DNA of 64,000 bases from a virus (IMGVR_UViG_3300032516_000007:32001-96000); one strand, 5' to 3'. Counted from the stretch's first letter, positions 1 through 8,316 are shown. Notes: a model not told the origin generated them from the sequence alone. Translations and numbers: made by a program.

Positions 1-960
1 CTGGGGTAACCATGGGGTAATCCAGCCATTCAATCCAAAGCTAAAGCCACTCATACATACACATACATACATGAGAGAAAAACCCTACCCTACCCTGGGC
101 TACCCCACCCTAGGGTATCTCCCTCGGCAAAAGAAAAGATCAATGCTCATACATACATACATACATACATACATACATACAATCAAGATGGGAATGACAA
201 AGGGGTAGGGTAGCCAAGGGCAGGGATGGCTTGCTTTGCTTTGCTTTGGTTGCTTTGCTTTGGTTGCTTTGTTTTGGGCCTGTGGTCATGAGAGATGAGA
301 GTCTAGAGTCAAGGTCGAGAGGATAGGGATAGGGGGGATGATTGATAGGCCCTGTGATGATTGATGTCCTGTGGGGAGATGGATAGAGAGGGTGGATGGT
401 AGAGGGAATGACAGGGTAGGGCCTAGACCCTAGAATCAAGCTCCCTAGGAGCCCCCAGCCCTTGCCTAGGCCCTGCCCTATAGGGACAAGGACTAGACTC
501 AACCTAGTGAAGATGGGGCTCACCACAGAGCAGCCTACCTTGACCACAGAGCAGCCAGCGAGAGCCCCCCTTGAACAAGCAGGTAGACGACCGTGGGACC
601 CCTTAGGAATAGGACTTCCCTAGGGCTTATGGATTTTATACTAGCCAAAGAGAAACCTAGTGAAGATGGGGGCCACCCCCTTGAAGATGGGGAGGGGTAA
701 AATGGAGATGGGACCCCTTTAGGATTGGCGGGGGAGGAATGATAAAGGAGAGCACATGGAGGCCATCCTTTAGGACCACCAGGGGTAGTGGTCAAGAGAT
801 CCTAAGACCACAAGCTCTGATGCTAGAACCAAGAGCAGGGCAAGATTGAGCATGCTGGGGTGGTATCAAGGCATGCTGGGGGCAAGATTGAGGATGCTGG
901 GGGCAAGATTGAGGATGCTGGGGTGAAGCTATGATAGGGTAGAGGGGCTTTGGGTTAGAA
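1..960. repeat. Non-coding low-complexity/repeat block (possible origin or genome-end region)
   Basis: No credible ORF. Contains CATA microsatellites (52-72, 148-181), a TTTGC/TTTGG pentamer run (~230-275), two copies of AACCTAGTGAAGATGGGG (501-518, 654-671) and about 12 CTAG sites. The function is inference. Confidence 0.7.
838..921 (+). repeat. 21-bp tandem repeat x4 (GGGCAAGATTGAGGATGCTGG; second unit degenerate)
   Basis: Units start at 838, 859, 880 and 901, read directly from the sequence. Confidence 0.9.
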
Positions 961-980
961 CATTGAGGAGAGGGAAGCCA

Positions 981-1178
981 GTGAAGAAGACACGAATACA
1001 GAAGATCAAGGAGAGCGCACCGGCTGAGGCTGTTGAGCACATCACGTGCTCCTATTGTGGGGCACCGATGGCTCCGGACGATCCAAGGCTGACCTGCCCT
1101 GAGTGTGGCAGGGACGGCTGCGCTGAGTGCATTCCGGCTGAATGTGGCTGCATCTGCCCTGAGTGTGAGGGGGCCTGA
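981..1178 (+). CDS. Small Cys-rich zinc-finger protein
   Basis: GTG start after AGGAG; CxxC, CPEC, CAEC, CxC and CPEC motifs. Confidence 0.65.
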   Translation: MKKTRIQKIKESAPAEAVEHITCSYCGAPMAPDDPRLTCPECGRDGCAECIPAECGCICPECEGA

Positions 1179-1193
1179 CGGAGGGAAGCGATC

Positions 1194-1415
1194 ATGATTC
1201 CAGTGAATCGAAGTAGCGACCGGCCAATCAAGCCCGTGAGGGGCGAGCGAGCCAGCCTGCTGCTGTCCACGGCTGCGGGGATGAGGGGTTGGTTCTACGC
1301 CTGGCAGATCCAGGCCGAGGTTGGTGAAGCGATCTGGTTGTCCCAGCTTCCTGGTTCACCTCTTGATGGGAAAAGAGAGTGGAGCAAGATTTTCTGTTTC
1401 AAGTGGGTCGGATGA
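1194..1415 (+). CDS. Hypothetical protein
   Basis: GGAGG upstream of ATG; tiles with neighbouring genes. Confidence 0.55.
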   Translation: MIPVNRSSDRPIKPVRGERASLLLSTAAGMRGWFYAWQIQAEVGEAIWLSQLPGSPLDGKREWSKIFCFKWVG

Positions 1416-1588
1416 GGAGAATTGGACCCCATTTAAGGGCGTGAGGGGTAGGGGCTGAGGCAGCCATTTTCAGCCCAAAATGGGCGGGAGGATAGGGGGG
1501 AGGGACTGGGGATTGAAGGGATCGGTATTGATGGTCTCTGTTCTGATAACTGTTCTGGAAAGTGGGATGGATTCAACAGGTGCGTGAG

Positions 1589-1780
1589 ATGAAGAGCAGG
1601 CACAATCCAGACAAGCCTCCCAACAGCTCCCAGATGTACGGGTCTGGGGAATGGTCCTGTCGGTACTTCGACGGTGAGTGCTGTGAGATGCTGATGGTAC
1701 ACAAAAGATATTTGACAAGTTGCAAGGGCATTTACTTCAACTGTCAGAAGCAGATGATACGTCATGTCAGAGACAAGTAA
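1589..1780 (+). CDS. Hypothetical Cys-containing protein
   Basis: Short ORF lying between two copies of a 20-bp direct repeat. Confidence 0.35.
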   Translation: MKSRHNPDKPPNSSQMYGSGEWSCRYFDGECCEMLMVHKRYLTSCKGIYFNCQKQMIRHVRDK

Positions 1781-1857
1781 CAAGTCAATCAACAGGTGCG
1801 TGAGATGAGCAGCGTCAACGATGAGATGGCCAGGCGGCGTCAAGAAGAGGTAAGTTT

Positions 1858-2028
1858 GTGGTGCGGAAGTGGCGTGTGTCTGGGTTGGGCTCCATTGAGG
1901 CGGTTGTTGGTCCCTTTGCTGTGGTGGATACCCTCAAACAGGCGCGGGCATCTCTTGCCTCATTTCACTTGGTGAGGATGGGTGCGACCCCTGGTGATGA
2001 TCCTGTGATCAAGGAGGTGTGGTTGTGA
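1858..2028 (+). CDS. Small phage hypothetical protein, possibly 5'-truncated
   Basis: Frame reads (GKF)VVRKW...DTLKQARASL...PGDDPVIKEVWL; only a GTG start is available; not in the ORF track. Confidence 0.4.
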   Translation: MVRKWRVSGLGSIEAVVGPFAVVDTLKQARASLASFHLVRMGATPGDDPVIKEVWL

Positions 2029-2414
2029 CAGTGCCACGTAAGACTTCAATCCAAGCCTACCAACAGATCAAGAATAGTGGTCTGTTGGCGAAGCGACGGC
2101 TGGAAGTCTATTCTTGGCTTTTCGATCATGGTCCAGCTACGGCTAGTGAGATTGAAAATGGAATGAAGAGAAGGCACGCTAACAAGAGACTTTCCGAACT
2201 TCGGGATCAAGGGGTTGTTGAAGAGGTAGGACAGAAAATCTGTATGGTGTCAGGTTATGAAGTCATCCTCTGGGATGTGACAGGTCTACTCCCCAAGCCC
2301 TTCAAGAAGTCTTCACAAACCAAGTCTTCTCGGCTGGAAGCTGAGAACAGGAGATTGAAGGGCTTGCTCCAACAGGCACTTGATTTGATAGAACATTTGA
2401 AGAGGACAGCATGA
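2019..2414 (+). CDS. Winged-helix DNA-binding protein
   Basis: GPATASEIE...ANKRLSELRDQGVVEEVG wHTH pattern followed by a C-terminal coiled coil. Confidence 0.7.
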   Translation: MVVTVPRKTSIQAYQQIKNSGLLAKRRLEVYSWLFDHGPATASEIENGMKRRHANKRLSELRDQGVVEEVGQKICMVSGYEVILWDVTGLLPKPFKKSSQTKSSRLEAENRRLKGLLQQALDLIEHLKRTA

Positions 2415-2635
2415 TAGATAATAGACGTGAGGCAGTGCGGCTTCTTATGAGAAAAGAGAAAGGTCTTGAGCCAAGGGTTCTCAAGCCCGAAGAGCTGAAG
2501 GATGGTGATCCTAGAATTGAGCCAGATTGGGAGAAGCCCTGCGAGGTTTGCGGAGCAGTCCCCACTATGCCCCTGACCGGCATGTGTGGACCCTGCACCT
2601 TTGGGGAAGCAGACACCAAGGACGGGAATTGGTGA
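2411..2635 (+). CDS. Small zinc-finger protein
   Basis: CEVC...CGPC; ATGA overlap with the upstream gene. Confidence 0.6.
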   Translation: MIDNRREAVRLLMRKEKGLEPRVLKPEELKDGDPRIEPDWEKPCEVCGAVPTMPLTGMCGPCTFGEADTKDGNW

Positions 2636-2814
2636 TGAGTATCAGGAGGTTTCCGGTCAAGAAGGGTTAGCAGTCCTTGTTCTAGAATCAAGGAGGCAGC
2701 AGGTGCGGCGTGACAGGCGGGAGTGCCTACTGGCCAGTAGTCCTACCAGTCAGTCTTCCCCTATCTGGCTGAAACTGTTACGCTGCACCTGGTGCCTCTT
2801 CAAGGAGATCAACC

Positions 2815-3045
2815 ATGAGAGCGGTCTTAGTGGTATTGGTTTTGTGTGCTGGCTGCGGATCCCCCTGTCAGCAGATCAAAGCTACTCGTTGCAACGTGCA
2901 GATCGTGGAGCTGTGTGGATCAAACAACAAGTGGCAGCGTGTTCTTGATTGTACTCAAGTGAAGTCGATCTCCAATCCCAATGCACCTAAGGACTGGGTG
3001 TGCGGGGAGACCACGACGGGTCACACTTGTGTACCCAAGAAGTGA
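2815..3045 (+). CDS. Cys-rich lipoprotein
   Basis: MRAVLVVLVLCAGC signal with lipobox; AGGAG RBS. Confidence 0.65.
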   Translation: MRAVLVVLVLCAGCGSPCQQIKATRCNVQIVELCGSNNKWQRVLDCTQVKSISNPNAPKDWVCGETTTGHTCVPKK

Positions 3046-3049
3046 TGCG

Positions 3050-3382
3050 ATGAGTGCTGTGGCCTGGGCACTTTTTGGTTCGATGTGTATATTCGAGTTG
3101 ATAGCTGATGTGCTTGGCAAGCAGTATGCGCTCTCCGGCACCCCCTTGTTGGGATGGTCAGCCTTGGGCGGCTACATGGCAGCCAATAGTTCGTGGGTGG
3201 TTGCCCTGCGCAAGGGGTTCCTGCTCAGCTTGGGTGGTGTCTACTTTGGTGTTATTACCGGAACATTCTGCGTAGTGATTGGGTGTGTTTTCTACAAGGA
3301 GCCCGTGTCTAGGTTGCAGATGCTGGGCATGACGCTAGGTATAGTAAGCAGTGGGCTGTTAGCAATGGGCGGAAAGACGTGA
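3050..3382 (+). CDS. SMR/DMT-family small membrane transporter-like protein
   Basis: 110 aa, four hydrophobic segments, Glu in TM1 (CIFELIAD), C-terminal FYKEPVSRLQMLGMTLGI typical of SMR/EamA. Confidence 0.7.
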   Translation: MSAVAWALFGSMCIFELIADVLGKQYALSGTPLLGWSALGGYMAANSSWVVALRKGFLLSLGGVYFGVITGTFCVVIGCVFYKEPVSRLQMLGMTLGIVSSGLLAMGGKT

Positions 3383-3429
3383 CCGCTGTATGGACTTGCA
3401 GTCCAACGCTGAAGCTGGGAGGTGAAGCG

Positions 3430-3687
3430 ATGAGAGATGATCCCATCAAAAGGATCGTTATGGACAAGATCATCGGGCAGCACGTTGTGGCGGATGGGTA
3501 TCCTCTCTATGATGCTCCAGATTCGATTATGCTGGCCAGGTATATCGAGCATCAGCTTCGTCGATCTGAGGAGTCTGGACGAACCAGTTTCTGGGCTTCG
3601 CAGGTTGCTGTTCCTTGTTTGAACAGTGCAGCCGTTAAGATTCGCGAGTTGCAGAAGCAAATCGATGAACTGAAGTCTAGAAGTTAG
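3430..3687 (+). CDS. Hypothetical protein
   Basis: GGAGGT RBS before ATG 3430. Confidence 0.55.
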   Translation: MRDDPIKRIVMDKIIGQHVVADGYPLYDAPDSIMLARYIEHQLRRSEESGRTSFWASQVAVPCLNSAAVKIRELQKQIDELKSRS

Positions 3688-3689
3688 AT

Positions 3690-3748
3690 ATGAAAATGCC
3701 CGCCAAGCACCATTGCCTGACGGGCCGTAGTGTATGAACCTGACTCGA
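3690..3748 (-). repeat. ~60-bp direct repeat, copy 1, containing a minus-strand terminator-like hairpin
   Basis: Minus strand reads GCCCGTCAGGCA-ATGG-TGCTTGGCGGGC-ATTTTC: a 12-bp stem with 2 G-U pairs and a U tract. Confidence 0.7.
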
Positions 3749-3951
3749 CGATAACGTGCAGACACACATGCGTTCCCAAGAAGTGAGACTAGCATGGATC
3801 AGAGATCGTCTGAATGATATTTGGTTCAGCGGAAAAGGTCCTGCTGGAGGGGAGATTCTCGATAAGTATAAAGAAGAGTTTGAAGCTCTTTTGCAAGAAG
3901 AGTTGAACTTGCAATCCGAATACCAGAGGGGGTCATGGAGAATAGGCAGAA

Positions 3952-4011
3952 ATGAAAATGCCCGCCAAGCACTATTGCCTGACGGGCCAGTAGAGTGTGG
4001 ACTTGACTCGA
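3952..4011 (-). repeat. ~60-bp direct repeat, copy 2, same hairpin
   Basis: First 37 nt differ from copy 1 at one loop position only. Confidence 0.7.
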
Positions 4012-4040
4012 AGGTAGCTCTCCCGGAGGAGGGATGCAAG

Positions 4041-4268
4041 ATGCGCCGTTGGCGATATCGTGCGTGGCGTCTTCCCAATGGATCGAAAGTGGTCTGTGTG
4101 CTAGATCGCGAATTTCCGCCATCGCCTGATTACGATATTCAATGGGAGCATCAAACAAGTAATGGAAGATTTGGAGTTGATGTGATCTCACGTGAACAAG
4201 CTAAGATCTTGTTACGTGGCCCACGAACTCCATGCGAATGGGATGTTGATACGTTGAAAGGGGAATGA
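4041..4268 (+). CDS. Hypothetical protein (ORF track extends it to 3756)
   Basis: GGAGGAGG upstream of ATG 4041. Confidence 0.45.
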   Translation: MRRWRYRAWRLPNGSKVVCVLDREFPPSPDYDIQWEHQTSNGRFGVDVISREQAKILLRGPRTPCEWDVDTLKGE

Positions 4269-4912
4269 TCATGCTGACTCCAGAACTGACACGCGACTTC
4301 TGGGACCACATGCTGAAGGAGTTCGGCGCCGTGGCAACGCAGAAGGGTGATGCCGAGCTGATGAAGGTCGTGGCCACGGTCCTGGATGCGTTTGGTGTGC
4401 AGGACAAAGAGCAGTTCATGAAGGACTTCGTGACCACCCTGGGCCGTACCATCTACATCCCCTTCGAAGTAGGGATTGAGAGTGACAAGTGGCCTACTTG
4501 GACTGTCTGGGCTCAAGTTCGCGTGTGCGTCCACGAATGTGGTCATGTCGTGCAAGGCAACCGCGAGGGCTGGGCCACCTTCGATTCACGCTACGTGACT
4601 TCATCCTCCTTCCGCGCAGGTTACGAGGCCGAGTGCTACGGCTGCGATATGGAGATGGAGTTCTGGCGGCTGGGCTCGTCTGGCTTCGATCCGTTTCGGT
4701 TCGCTCAGGAGCGTCCGTTGAGTCTCAAGAACTATGGCTGCAAGGAAGCTGAGATCGAACAGGCTCAGCAGATGCTCACCATCCGTGCGGGGCTCGTGGC
4801 TCAAGGTGTGGTTGAGACCAGAGCCGCTCAGGTGGCAATTCCGTGGTTGGAGGCGAACGTGCCGGACCTTCGCCTCCTGGCTCGAGGCGTGTCAGGGCTG
4901 AGGGAGGTGTGA
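4265..4912 (+). CDS. HExxH zincin-like metallopeptidase domain protein
   Basis: VCVHECGHVVQ plus downstream RAGYEAECY (candidate third ligand Glu). Confidence 0.65.
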   Translation: MIMLTPELTRDFWDHMLKEFGAVATQKGDAELMKVVATVLDAFGVQDKEQFMKDFVTTLGRTIYIPFEVGIESDKWPTWTVWAQVRVCVHECGHVVQGNREGWATFDSRYVTSSSFRAGYEAECYGCDMEMEFWRLGSSGFDPFRFAQERPLSLKNYGCKEAEIEQAQQMLTIRAGLVAQGVVETRAAQVAIPWLEANVPDLRLLARGVSGLREV

Positions 4913-5142
4913 GATTGAAGATCGAGTTTCCGGATAAGATGGTTTTAGAGGTAGTGTCAGAGTTGAATAAGATCAGAAACAAGGTGGGGGAGCTGGACAT
5001 GGGCCATAGCAAGGGAAGATATGCCATGGTCAAGTCGGTGGCTGAGGCCAGTAGGCAAGCTGAAGCGAGGCAGAAGGAGTGGGATCTGTCTCCGCTGGGC
5101 CAACTTCTCCAGGTTCTTCAGGATGCCCAGAGAGACTCCTGA
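4909..5142 (+). CDS. Hypothetical protein
   Basis: GTGA overlap with the upstream stop; GGAGG RBS. Confidence 0.55.
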   Translation: MRLKIEFPDKMVLEVVSELNKIRNKVGELDMGHSKGRYAMVKSVAEASRQAEARQKEWDLSPLGQLLQVLQDAQRDS

Positions 5143-5527
5143 TTGTCGTGCCTGTGGTCTTTGTTGTGTGTGTAATTGGGATCAGGATTCCTTTTGTGAT
5201 CTTTTAGAGGAGGATGAGAAGAGGCTTGGTTCCAGAATTCTCAGAGGGAAAGTTGTTCGCCCCACTCCCTTCGAACAGCTCGCGGCTGAGTTAGATGGGA
5301 AGTACGTTCCGGCTTCGATCAAGACTCATTGGGTGGAGCAGACTTCAGGTCCCTTGAAGGGAATCAGCATTTGCTCCTGTGTTTTCCTTCGGGGATCGTT
5401 GTTGAAGAAAGTGTCCTGCCAGGTGTACGAGAAGAGGCCCAGAGTTTGTCGTGTTGCTGTGAATCCAGGAGATCGGACATGCAAGATCATAAGGAAGATG
5501 ACGGAGAATTTGTTGAGAGACTCCTGA
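5123..5527 (+). CDS. YkgJ-family (CxxCxxCC) cysteine-cluster protein
   Basis: DCRACGLCC ... CVFL ... CQVYEKRPRVCR signature. Confidence 0.8.
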   Translation: MPRETPDCRACGLCCVCNWDQDSFCDLLEEDEKRLGSRILRGKVVRPTPFEQLAAELDGKYVPASIKTHWVEQTSGPLKGISICSCVFLRGSLLKKVSCQVYEKRPRVCRVAVNPGDRTCKIIRKMTENLLRDS

Positions 5528-5667
5528 AGGAGTTTGGTCATTCCTGGTTCACTGCGGGTCAGGCCAAGATGACCAAGAGTCAGTTGAAGGAGCTGGAGGC
5601 GAAGGGTTATTTGGACTCATCGAAGTCCACTGGACCGACCAACTTTCGAGTCAAGATTGGGGGGTGA
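5479..5667 (+). CDS. Small hypothetical protein (possible wHTH)
   Basis: AGGAG RBS; FTAGQA...LKELEAKGYL. Confidence 0.45.
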   Translation: MQDHKEDDGEFVERLLKEFGHSWFTAGQAKMTKSQLKELEAKGYLDSSKSTGPTNFRVKIGG

Positions 5668-5912
5668 TCTACCTCCGACAGATGACTCGACGTAGAGCTG
5701 GCCACCTTTGGGATTTCTTGGTTCTAGAATCACCGTATACAACACCGTGGAAGAAGCTGGATGAGTTCTTTTCCTATGGGTTCCCACGAACTTAACTCAA
5801 CCTGGTTAAGATGGGGAGCGATATAGTAGACGCTATCTTGGCTATAACGTAGATGGGGAGAACCCCCATGCCATTGACTACCATGCCAACAAGATCGAAA
5901 GGGAGAAAGTAA

Positions 5913-6119
5913 ATGGCACAGATGCTAGTTGTTGTGTCCAAGGTCAAGGCAATGGGGAAGGCAGTTGATTTTCGTATCTCGCTGGAGTTTTGTGAGAGGC
6001 TGAGTGAGAAGCTGGGGGACATTGTGATTGCGGCTGTCAAGATTGCACATGCTGATGGGAGGGGGACCGTGAAGGCACGGGACATGCCTATCATCACTTT
6101 GGAGTCCAAGGAGGAGTGA
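5913..6119 (+). CDS. Bacterial-type histone-fold protein (Bd0055/HBb-like)
   Basis: 68 aa. N-terminal MAQMLVVVSKVK and C-terminal AHADGRGTVKARD closely match Bdellovibrio Bd0055 as I recall it (MAEVLVVTSKVK...AKADGRKTVMARD). Histone L2 R-x-T-V motif and alpha3 Asp are present. Confidence 0.85.
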   Translation: MAQMLVVVSKVKAMGKAVDFRISLEFCERLSEKLGDIVIAAVKIAHADGRGTVKARDMPIITLESKEE

Positions 6120-6120
6120 C

Positions 6121-6615
6121 ATGACCAAGCCCAAGGCTAAGTCCAAGAAGTTGAATCCCTGGAAATCCTTCGATAAGGCTCTCGAGATCAAGAAGGAGCC
6201 TGAGAAGGTGCTGACTAAGGAGGAGAAGGTTGAGGTCAAGAGGTTGGAAGTAGAGATCAAGATCCTGGTAAAGGAGAGGAAGAAGATCGTGAAACAGGAG
6301 GATGATCTGTGCTCTAGGTCATACCAACTGGAGGAGGAAGGTCCCAACTATGAAATATCGGATGCGATCATCAATGACATGAGAGAGATTCCCAGGGTGA
6401 GCAAGCAGGTAGGAATTGATCCCCGTCGATATATCGAGGCGTGCAAGCTCTACCTCAAAGCCTGGAAGGATCTGGACAAGAAGTTCGCTGCGGCGAAGAA
6501 GAAGGTAGACGAAGAAATAGAGAAGGTTCAGGAAAAGAAAGATAGTCAAGATGCCGTGATCGATGATCTCAAGGAGAAGCGTCAAGAGCTGAAGCCGAGT
6601 CCGTCCTTTTTCTAG
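6121..6615 (+). CDS. Lys/Glu-rich coiled-coil protein
   Basis: Composition; RBS overlaps the end of the histone gene. Confidence 0.65.
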   Translation: MTKPKAKSKKLNPWKSFDKALEIKKEPEKVLTKEEKVEVKRLEVEIKILVKERKKIVKQEDDLCSRSYQLEEEGPNYEISDAIINDMREIPRVSKQVGIDPRRYIEACKLYLKAWKDLDKKFAAAKKKVDEEIEKVQEKKDSQDAVIDDLKEKRQELKPSPSFF

Positions 6616-6637
6616 GATCGGAGAAGAAGGAAAAGCA

Positions 6638-6901
6638 ATGGCTCTGAAAGTCTACTTTGCCTACTTGAAGCATGTGAGAAATCCTACGAAGGATGACGTG
6701 ATCAAGATCAAGTCTAAGTCGAGGACTCAGGCTGAGGAAATTGCAGAGCGAGAGGCCCATAAGAGGGAGTGGCAATTCATTGGTGCTCCCAAGGAGTACA
6801 CGATAGAGAGGATCATGAATCGAAAGCAACTCATGAGGTTTGATCTTAGGTGGCATAAATACTTGTGGCAAGCTCATGCGTACACATCTTTGGGGAGGTA
6901 G
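6638..6901 (+). CDS. Hypothetical protein
   Basis: Tiling ORF with RBS. Confidence 0.55.
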   Translation: MALKVYFAYLKHVRNPTKDDVIKIKSKSRTQAEEIAEREAHKREWQFIGAPKEYTIERIMNRKQLMRFDLRWHKYLWQAHAYTSLGR

Positions 6902-6902
6902 A

Positions 6903-7073
6903 ATGGAACAAAATCACATTGAATATCTGGATGAGTTTGAGGATGGGGGGAGAGCGGGGTGGAGGGGCCTCGGGTGGTATTTCTGGGATGAGACTGAAGC
7001 TTATTGCTATGGTCCATTTCAGGATCGAGTTCTAGCGGAAGAAGCTTTGAAGAAGTACATTGAGACTCTATGA
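6903..7073 (+). CDS. Hypothetical protein
   Basis: GGAGGT RBS; GWYFWDET...GPF motif. Confidence 0.55.
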   Translation: MEQNHIEYLDEFEDGGRAGWRGLGWYFWDETEAYCYGPFQDRVLAEEALKKYIETL

Positions 7074-7408
7074 TCTGCCTTCGATGTGGGTACTGTTGTC
7101 AGAATTTGGCAGTGGTTCTTCCCGATGGGACGATCCATATGGGAGGGGGAGAAGACTGCAAGTTCCTGGAGTGGAAAGATGGCAAGGCAATTTGCACAGT
7201 TCATGGGAAGACATCGGTGATCAAAGATGAAGAAGGATTCGTCCATAGAACATCCTGGAAAAGGACTCCTTGTGGAAGTCATGGCCAGATCGAGCATCGA
7301 AACACCCACTGCCGAATGGGAGTCTATGTCCGAAAGAGGAGAGAAAGGGAGGGCAGCGATGTTCAACATGGTGAAGGTTTTCTCAGTGACCAAAGCAAGG
7401 GATCGTGA
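7070..7408 (+). CDS. Second CxxCxxCC (YkgJ-like) protein
   Basis: CLRCGYCC ... CKFL ... CTVH ... PC. Confidence 0.7.
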   Translation: MICLRCGYCCQNLAVVLPDGTIHMGGGEDCKFLEWKDGKAICTVHGKTSVIKDEEGFVHRTSWKRTPCGSHGQIEHRNTHCRMGVYVRKRREREGSDVQHGEGFLSDQSKGS

Positions 7409-7535
7409 GGGTCTTGGTGAGAGGGTCACTGAGTTCCTTCAGTCATTCGAGGGTACATTGGTGAATCATGAGGTCAGACAGTCGTCTGATAACGAGTTTC
7501 ATTGTCTTACCATCATTCTTTTTTTGAAGGTGTGA
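7359..7535 (+). CDS. Small conserved protein (VKVFSxTKA...QSSDNEFHCLTI family)
   Basis: GGAGG RBS; resembles a small hypothetical family I associate with Myxococcota (recollection, not searched). Confidence 0.6.
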   Translation: MFNMVKVFSVTKARDREGLGERVTEFLQSFEGTLVNHEVRQSSDNEFHCLTIILFLKV

Positions 7536-7538
7536 GTC

Positions 7539-7781
7539 ATGGTCAATCCCTACGATGCGAAACGGTGGCATGAGATCACTGACTCTTCAATGATCAAGTC
7601 TGTTGGTTCTAGAGGTAAGGACTTGATCGTGGAGTTTCACTCTGGTGACTTCTATGCTTATCCAGGGTTGGCTGATGAAGTAGACTCCTTGCTTGCTGCT
7701 GAATCGGTGGGTAAGTATTTCCATCAGCAGATTCGACATCAACCATGTCTGAAGTTGGGATTGGAGTGGCCCGATGAGTAA
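7539..7781 (+). CDS. KTSC domain protein
   Basis: SSMIKSVG...LIVEFHSG..YAY......LLAAESVGKYFHQQIR. Confidence 0.85.
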   Translation: MVNPYDAKRWHEITDSSMIKSVGSRGKDLIVEFHSGDFYAYPGLADEVDSLLAAESVGKYFHQQIRHQPCLKLGLEWPDE

Positions 7782-8058
7782 CGGAAACGGTGCGGGTCAG
7801 AGGTTGGTAGAAGATCAGAATCCCTTTATGATGGTGGATGAGTTACTTCAGGAGATCAGTCAGAAATTTCCTAGAATGGACTATTCTGATGTGGTGATGG
7901 CTTTGATGGCTGGGGCTGCCCGTCTCTCACTTCAGTTTGGTGACTCCCTGGAGTTGTTCAAGGCTCAGAGTGTTGTTGCCTATGAGAAGATGGGCAAGAT
8001 CATCTGTCATTCTGCGACAATTGCTGAGATGCCAGAGATCAAAATAGATGAGGAGTAG
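7774..8058 (+). CDS. Hypothetical protein
   Basis: Tiling ORF. Confidence 0.55.
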   Translation: MSNGNGAGQRLVEDQNPFMMVDELLQEISQKFPRMDYSDVVMALMAGAARLSLQFGDSLELFKAQSVVAYEKMGKIICHSATIAEMPEIKIDEE

Positions 8059-8060
8059 CA

Positions 8061-8285
8061 ATGGGATCGATTGAGTTCATTGATCTGACCAATGTGGATG
8101 GGAAAAATCGGGCGCTCCTCCGGGCAGCACGACAGGTGTTCGACACTGCCTACGCTGTGACAACTTCAGTTGATGGATTCCCGAGTCAGATCTTTGATAT
8201 GATAGGGAGACCCATTGCAATGGGTTGGTTCGATCAGCGGGGTAATGTTTGTTTCCGTACCCTCTCCAACGAGCCCCTCAACTAG
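8061..8285 (+). CDS. Hypothetical protein
   Basis: GAGGAG RBS. Confidence 0.55.
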   Translation: MGSIEFIDLTNVDGKNRALLRAARQVFDTAYAVTTSVDGFPSQIFDMIGRPIAMGWFDQRGNVCFRTLSNEPLN

Positions 8286-8286
8286 G

Positions 8287-8316
8287 TTGCATTCTGTTCT
8301 AGAACCCTGGTATTCT
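8287..8316 (+). promoter_or_regulatory. Sigma70-like promoter with TTCTAGAA in the spacer
   Basis: TTGCAT-N18-TATTCT with TGn extension; TTCTAGAA at 8297-8304. Confidence 0.6.

Noticed and set aside
838-921. Tandem repeats as a CRISPR array
   Set aside because: Units are contiguous with no unique spacers, and there are no cas genes in the window
140-1040. Minus-strand ORFs 140-547, 535-795 and 792-1040
   Set aside because: Translations merely reflect the simple repeats (CMYV, PQHPQSC) and show no protein-like features
3990-4020. tRNA fragment (TTCGAGTC T-loop-like on the minus strand)
   Set aside because: No T-stem or cloverleaf can be formed; I found no tRNA genes in the window by eye
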